Assembly: GCA_965219455.1 (NCBI GenBank)
Contig: OZ244744.1
Span: forward strand, 2,112,001 to 2,176,000
Source: Candidatus Latescibacterota bacterium
GTDB lineage: Bacteria; Latescibacterota; UBA2968; GCA-2709665
Length of the DNA: 64,000 nt
Direction of reading: 5' to 3'
Shown here: positions 61,675-64,000 of the stretch, in pieces
Numbering within the stretch: the stretch's first letter is position 1
How the letters are laid out: every line of letters begins with the position of its first letter
Notes under the pieces: model-generated
Told to the model about the DNA's origin: nothing
The model's input: only the letters and a program-made list of their open reading frames with translations
Database searches by the model: none
Program-made: the position numbers and the translations under genes

Positions 61675-62319
61675 TTAGACGAGGAGGCTTGACAATGTTA
61701 CAATAATACCCCGCAACAAGGCAGTATCTGATAATGTACAGATTCCTTCGACTTTGCGTTTGTCGTCGAAAAAAGCACCGTAGATGACAAGATTATCTCC
61801 ATATAGTCCCATCGACACTATCCCATTCTCTGGTCGCCACTCGAAGCCAAGACTGCCATCTTCTGCCCAGCCGATGTCGGGCATGGGGACATTGTAACGA
61901 GAAAGCAGATCTAGTAAAGAATCCGCGTCATCATATGCGGAATCAGGGATAGGATCAATCTCATTACTCAAAGCCAAGGCTTCCATGGCCTCTTGGCGTG
62001 TTTTCTCTATTTGCCGTTTTGCATCATCCAATTTTCGCTGTGGAGCGTAGGTCGGCAAATGGAAATACAGGTTAGATGCATCCCCTTCAAGCAAATCTCT
62101 ATCGCTTGCCTTTGGTAGATTATAGGCCTGAGTTTGTAGATTTCGTGGGTATTCATAGTGTGATGAACGTGTTCGATGTTCGTCATTGACCGCAACGACC
62201 CACCCCTCAGTGGTGTGTAGACTTCTCGGTTCATCAATCCGACTGCCGTGAAACCAGTCATAGACGTATTTAGCCTCAAGGCTTGAGTGGTCTTCGGCCT
62301 GACGTGCGAGGGTTATCAT
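61675..62319 (-). CDS. Hypothetical protein with C-terminal PI..A...A..L....P.P.....DGS..FEW domain
   Basis: TAATG overlap with the upstream gene, RBS GGGGAGG. Confidence 0.7.
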   Translation of the reverse strand: MITLARQAEDHSSLEAKYVYDWFHGSRIDEPRSLHTTEGWVVAVNDEHRTRSSHYEYPRNLQTQAYNLPKASDRDLLEGDASNLYFHLPTYAPQRKLDDAKRQIEKTRQEAMEALALSNEIDPIPDSAYDDADSLLDLLSRYNVPMPDIGWAEDGSLGFEWRPENGIVSMGLYGDNLVIYGAFFDDKRKVEGICTLSDTALLRGIIVTLSSLLV

Positions 62320-63137
62320 TATTTCCTCCCCCAGGTGCGAGTTTGGATGTCTTCCGTAAACAATCCAGTGAATTTCCCACGAATACAGCCATGTGCCGAC
62401 GTAAACCACGTTATCATCACGTTGTCTTCCCCAGCCTGTGGAAAGCCACGCATTGTAAAATCCGTTTGTAAAGTTTGTTTTTGATCAGATACCCGTACCC
62501 TATGACTAACGGCAAGATGTAACCTTCCGTTTAAGTCCTCTATCGGAAATGATGTCCGCAAGATCACAGATTCAGCACCTGACCAAAATGAACTCGATGG
62601 CTCAGACTTAATGAACAGCTTATATACTTCCCCAACGTCGTTAAGAGTATTCCAGCCATCACCACGCAATAATTGATCAATATAGGTCAATTCATATTGT
62701 AGTGGAACTACCTCGCCGACTTCCATTGATCTAACTATCTCCTGAAAGCGACTATAGAACTTTGCAAACCTTTCAAATATCGCAGTGAATCCAGGATATT
62801 TCTGATCTGGCTCTGTCTTGCGCCAGTTAAACGTAAATCGATCCCGCTGAATTTGAATGATGTGATTTTGTTGTTCGTGTATGAACCAAATTCGTGCGAA
62901 GTTTGGGACATTTTTAAAATGCAACTCAGTCTCTTGGTTTGGGTGATCTAGATTTTCGATTGTAGGCATCACAGGCGGTTGTTCCACGACCTCTGAGAAC
63001 CCCACCTTTTTGAATTCCTCCCACATCACTCCTAGATGGGGAGCCAGCAACATATCGAGAGACTTGAAGAGTACACTCAATACCACCTCATCTACCGGTG
63101 GTCGTACGTAATCGAGCTCATTGTGCACGGAGTCCAT
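62319..63137 (-). CDS. TIGR04255-family protein
   Basis: PPVDEVVLSVLF, RIWF, IQIQRDRFTFNWRK, YPGF, ELTYID. RBS GAGAGG. Confidence 0.85.
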   Translation of the reverse strand: MDSVHNELDYVRPPVDEVVLSVLFKSLDMLLAPHLGVMWEEFKKVGFSEVVEQPPVMPTIENLDHPNQETELHFKNVPNFARIWFIHEQQNHIIQIQRDRFTFNWRKTEPDQKYPGFTAIFERFAKFYSRFQEIVRSMEVGEVVPLQYELTYIDQLLRGDGWNTLNDVGEVYKLFIKSEPSSSFWSGAESVILRTSFPIEDLNGRLHLAVSHRVRVSDQKQTLQTDFTMRGFPQAGEDNVMITWFTSAHGCIRGKFTGLFTEDIQTRTWGRK

Positions 63138-63807
63138 GAGGTGTCACCTCTCAAGATCTTAAACACGTACCCGATCTAATTGTGATAACGCCTGATTGAA
63201 ATGTATAGTTTCACTAAATGCGATGCGTATGCTTGATCTATTATGAGACGTTACCTTTTTGTACATTACATCCTCAATGCTCGGAAATTTCCATGTCGCC
63301 TATATGTAAATTAACATATGGAAGCGTCCAAACAAAGCCAAATAGCGATATCTCCGATATCAGTCGCAACGATCAGGTCGTCTGCAGGTATACCCTCGAA
63401 CGGGGAGAATCCGCGGCGCGATATTAAACGACGTCAAATGGAAACTATATGCAGTCAATGGTCAGATCCGATTGATGCTTGATCATCGGGTCTGGGCAGT
63501 TGTACTATGCAGCTTCTCTTTCGTGGAGTAGTTCAAACATTGATCCGACAAATACGTTCGACGCGGTATCCAATATTACCATATTTCATGGTAATTCTAT
63601 GTGCGAGGAGTGTCTGACACTATAGAAGGGTGATCCGAAACGCAAGCTTTTGAATATCATTGGAAGTTCCGATCGAATTCATAGCCAAGAACTGATGCAG
63701 TATTTCACTATTCCTTTCGACAGCAACTTCAAACGACATAGATTGGCGTGCGGATCGTACTCGAGTTCCGGCTGCCTCGCTTCGGCAGTATCAGGACATC
63801 TGTTCCC

Positions 63808-63836
63808 TTGACGAATCCGAACATTTCCAGTATATT
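63808..63836 (+). promoter_or_regulatory. Sigma70-type promoter
   Basis: TTGACG-17 bp-TATATT, 45 bp before ATG 63882. Confidence 0.55.
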
Positions 63837-63881
63837 TTAGCTGTATCTCGAAAAGGCTTACCCTCTCCAGGGACGGTAGAG

Positions 63882-64000
63882 ATGTTTTATTCCTCCAGAC
63901 GGATTCATCCTGTTGTCGTATTCGCTCTGGCGATATTCGCGGCCTACCTGGCGGTATTCTTACTTGCCGCCTTCCCCGGTCACGATCACGATCAACAATG
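63882..64000 (+). CDS. Partial small membrane protein with His-rich segment (DUF2946-like), runs off the window
   Basis: MFYSSRRIHPVVVFALAIFAAYLAVFLLAAFPGHDHDQQ..., translated by hand. Confidence 0.5.
   Translation, partial: MFYSSRRIHPVVVFALAIFAAYLAVFLLAAFPGHDHDQQ

Noticed and set aside
63218-63780. Short ORFs in the AT-rich spacer upstream of TIGR04255
   Set aside because: No RBS or motif support; all frames are interrupted.

Overview
High-GC bacterial chromosomal DNA. An N-terminal 'DFNDDGVVDFQDF..FG' paired EF-hand/dockerin-like domain, a GWxTD protein and many Gfo/Idh/MocA enzymes suggest Candidatus Latescibacterota or a related FCB lineage; this is inference only. 1-23 kb is core: uppS-cdsA-dxr-rseP, then a dcw cluster (mraZ, rsmH, ftsL, ftsI, murE, murF, ftsW, murG, murC, murB, ftsQ, ftsA, ftsZ) lacking mraY, murD and ddl. 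23-50 kb is metabolic/accessory: opine dehydrogenase, MoaB, purple acid phosphatase, HDAC, PheA plus aminotransferase, a catabolic run ending in a divergent orphan E1 alpha/beta pair, a helicase IV-like helicase-nuclease and a BNR sialidase-like protein. 50-64 kb is a plastic zone with a complete group II intron, FG-GAP/HEAT and ankyrin proteins, several genes collapsed by internal deletion, and an AT-rich three-gene operon. The intron's EBS1 matches a 9-nt-period repeat at its insertion site. The operon (TIGR04255 family + DGxxxxEW protein + putative ART-fold protein) is the best candidate for an uncharacterised toxin-antitoxin-chaperone-like or defence system. Intergenic spaces hold at least two MITE families and several REP-like palindromes. 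All family calls come from motif recognition by eye; no database search was run.
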